Below are positions 51,443-52,741 of a stretch of 52,741 nt of DNA, piece after piece. The DNA is from Octopus bimaculoides (lineage: Eukaryota). Location of the stretch: NCBI RefSeq assembly GCF_001194135.2, contig NC_068985.1:13378175-13430915 (forward strand). Reading direction: 5' to 3'. The stretch's first letter is position 1, and every line of letters starts with the position of its first letter. A program made the translations under genes and the position numbers. The notes beneath the pieces are model-generated. The model saw nothing but the letters and a program-made list of their open reading frames with translations. It was not told the DNA's origin and made no database searches.

Positions 51443-51853
51443 CATCTTTTATCTTTTGCTTGTTGCAGCCATTAAACTGTGGCCATGCTGAGGCACCACC
51501 TTGCATGATTTTTAGGTGATCGAATCGACACAAGTACTTCTTTTTTTAAGCCAGCTACTTATTTTATCGGTTTTTCCCCGACCTGCTAAGTTACAGGGAC
51601 ATAAACACACAAACACTGGTTGTCAAGTAGAGTGGGGGTGTCAAACACAGACGTACATACACACGTATAAATATATACATGCATACATACATACATGCAT
51701 ATATATGTATGTGTATATGTATGTGTATATATATATATATATTCTTTTATTATTTTACTTGTTTCAGTCATTTGGCTGCGGCCATGCTGGAGCACCGACT
51801 TTAGTCGAGCAAATCGACCCCGGGACTTATTCTTTGTAAGCCTAGTACTTATT
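51443..51853 (-). mobile_element. Two SINE family A 3' fragments (51443-~51720 decayed; ~51745-51853 younger)
   Basis: GGCCATGCTGAGGCACC...TGGTTGTCAAG and TTGTTTCAGTCATTTGGCTGCGGCCATGCTGGAGCACC...AAGCCTAGTACTTATTC. Confidence 0.8.
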
Positions 51854-52194
51854 CACACAGAAAGATGTGTGACAGGGTGGATTTCTGGTTCAGCGACGCT
51901 GGTCTAAAGAGACGTGATATGTGGTCAATGGCTGCCGCCAAAGATGAAGCGAGGCAGAATATAGGTGTTTTTATAACCTTGGGTAGGCTCCATAAACAAA
52001 CTGGTCTTTCCCGAGTTAAAAACAAACTGTTGCGATTGGACAGTTAGTAACCGATCAATACATGCAACTAGTTTGGCAAACCACTGGATCATGTGACTCA
52101 ACGGAAAGAAAAGATCTGGTGAGCCCATTCTGCTATATTTAAGCTTAAACAACCAAACATAATAAAAATATTACATACTTCTGCTACATATATA

Positions 52195-52352
52195 TATTAC
52201 GGACTTCCTTCAGTTTCTGTGTACCAAATCTACTCACAAGGTTTTGATTGGCCCAATGCTACAGAAGAAGTCACTTGCCCAAAGTAGCACACTGTGAGAT
52301 GAACCCGGAACCATGTGGTTGGGAAGCAAGCTTCTTACCACACAGCCACACC
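52195..52352 (-). mobile_element. SINE family A 5' half
   Basis: CTTCAGTTTCTGTGTACCAAATCTACTCACAAGG...CTTACCACACAGCCAC. Confidence 0.8.
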
Positions 52353-52387
52353 TAAAAAAAAAAAGAGAAAAAAATTAAGAGTTTAAC

Positions 52388-52460
52388 TGGAGAATCCAGG
52401 TATCGATCCACGTACCTCTCGCATGCAAAGCGAGCGCTCTACCACCTGAGCTAATTCCCC
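52388..52460 (-). tRNA. tRNA-Ala (anticodon UGC), 73 nt, two T-stem mismatches (variant or pseudogene)
   Basis: GGGGAATTAGCTCAGGTGGTAGAGCGCTCGCTTTGCATGCGAGAGGTACGTGGATCGATACCTGGATTCTCCA. Acceptor stem has 7 bp including G3:U70, D-stem GCTC/GAGC, anticodon stem CTCGC/GCGAG, anticodon TGC at 52427-52425. A T7 run lies ~13 nt downstream. Confidence 0.88.
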
Positions 52461-52704
52461 ACTGCCGAGTATGAGTATTTATTTAGAATAACAATCATAA
52501 TTCAAAATATTTTCTTGTGACCGTAATAATTTTCTAAACGCATAGAGGGATATTACTGGCCTTAGAAGGATGCCTGACCAAATCAACGTGGTCAGGGTAT
52601 AATGCCAGAAAGTAATGCGACAAAATCTTGCAACAGATCTATTATCTCTGACACTTAAGCATTTCTGTCGCACAACCGAATGAATAACCATAATAAACAT
52701 ATGA

Positions 52705-52741
<37 letters not shown>

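Noticed and set aside
51855-52140. Possible RTE C-terminal remnant (WLPPKMKRGR)
   Set aside because: A single weak motif with stops; insufficient to call.

Overview
AT-rich, microsatellite-dense animal genomic DNA from a gapped draft assembly (8 N-runs). The SINE families, LINE types and repeat content point to an octopus genome; this is an inference from remembered repeat families, not a search result. No intact protein-coding gene is supported: almost all ORF-track entries are microsatellite or N-gap artefacts, or pieces of dead retroelements. The window holds about 25 copies of three tRNA-headed SINE families (A, B, C here). It also has decayed RTE, CR1/L2, R4/Dong-like and NeSL/R2-like LINEs, three Penelope-like (GIY-YIG) fragments, a mariner MITE, a Tigger-like end and one tRNA-Ala(UGC) gene with a mismatched T-stem. 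Most notable: (i) three related (TA)n-anchored short elements carrying a minimal hammerhead-ribozyme-like fold, two with a non-canonical core; (ii) a 159-bp near-perfect palindrome; (iii) a ~700-bp AT-rich fold-back; (iv) a stack of R4/Dong-like insertions in TAA repeats, one lacking its entire RT domain; (v) weak, phase-compatible candidate exons on the minus strand. I see no strong evidence for a wholly new biological system; the hammerhead-like family is the best lead.
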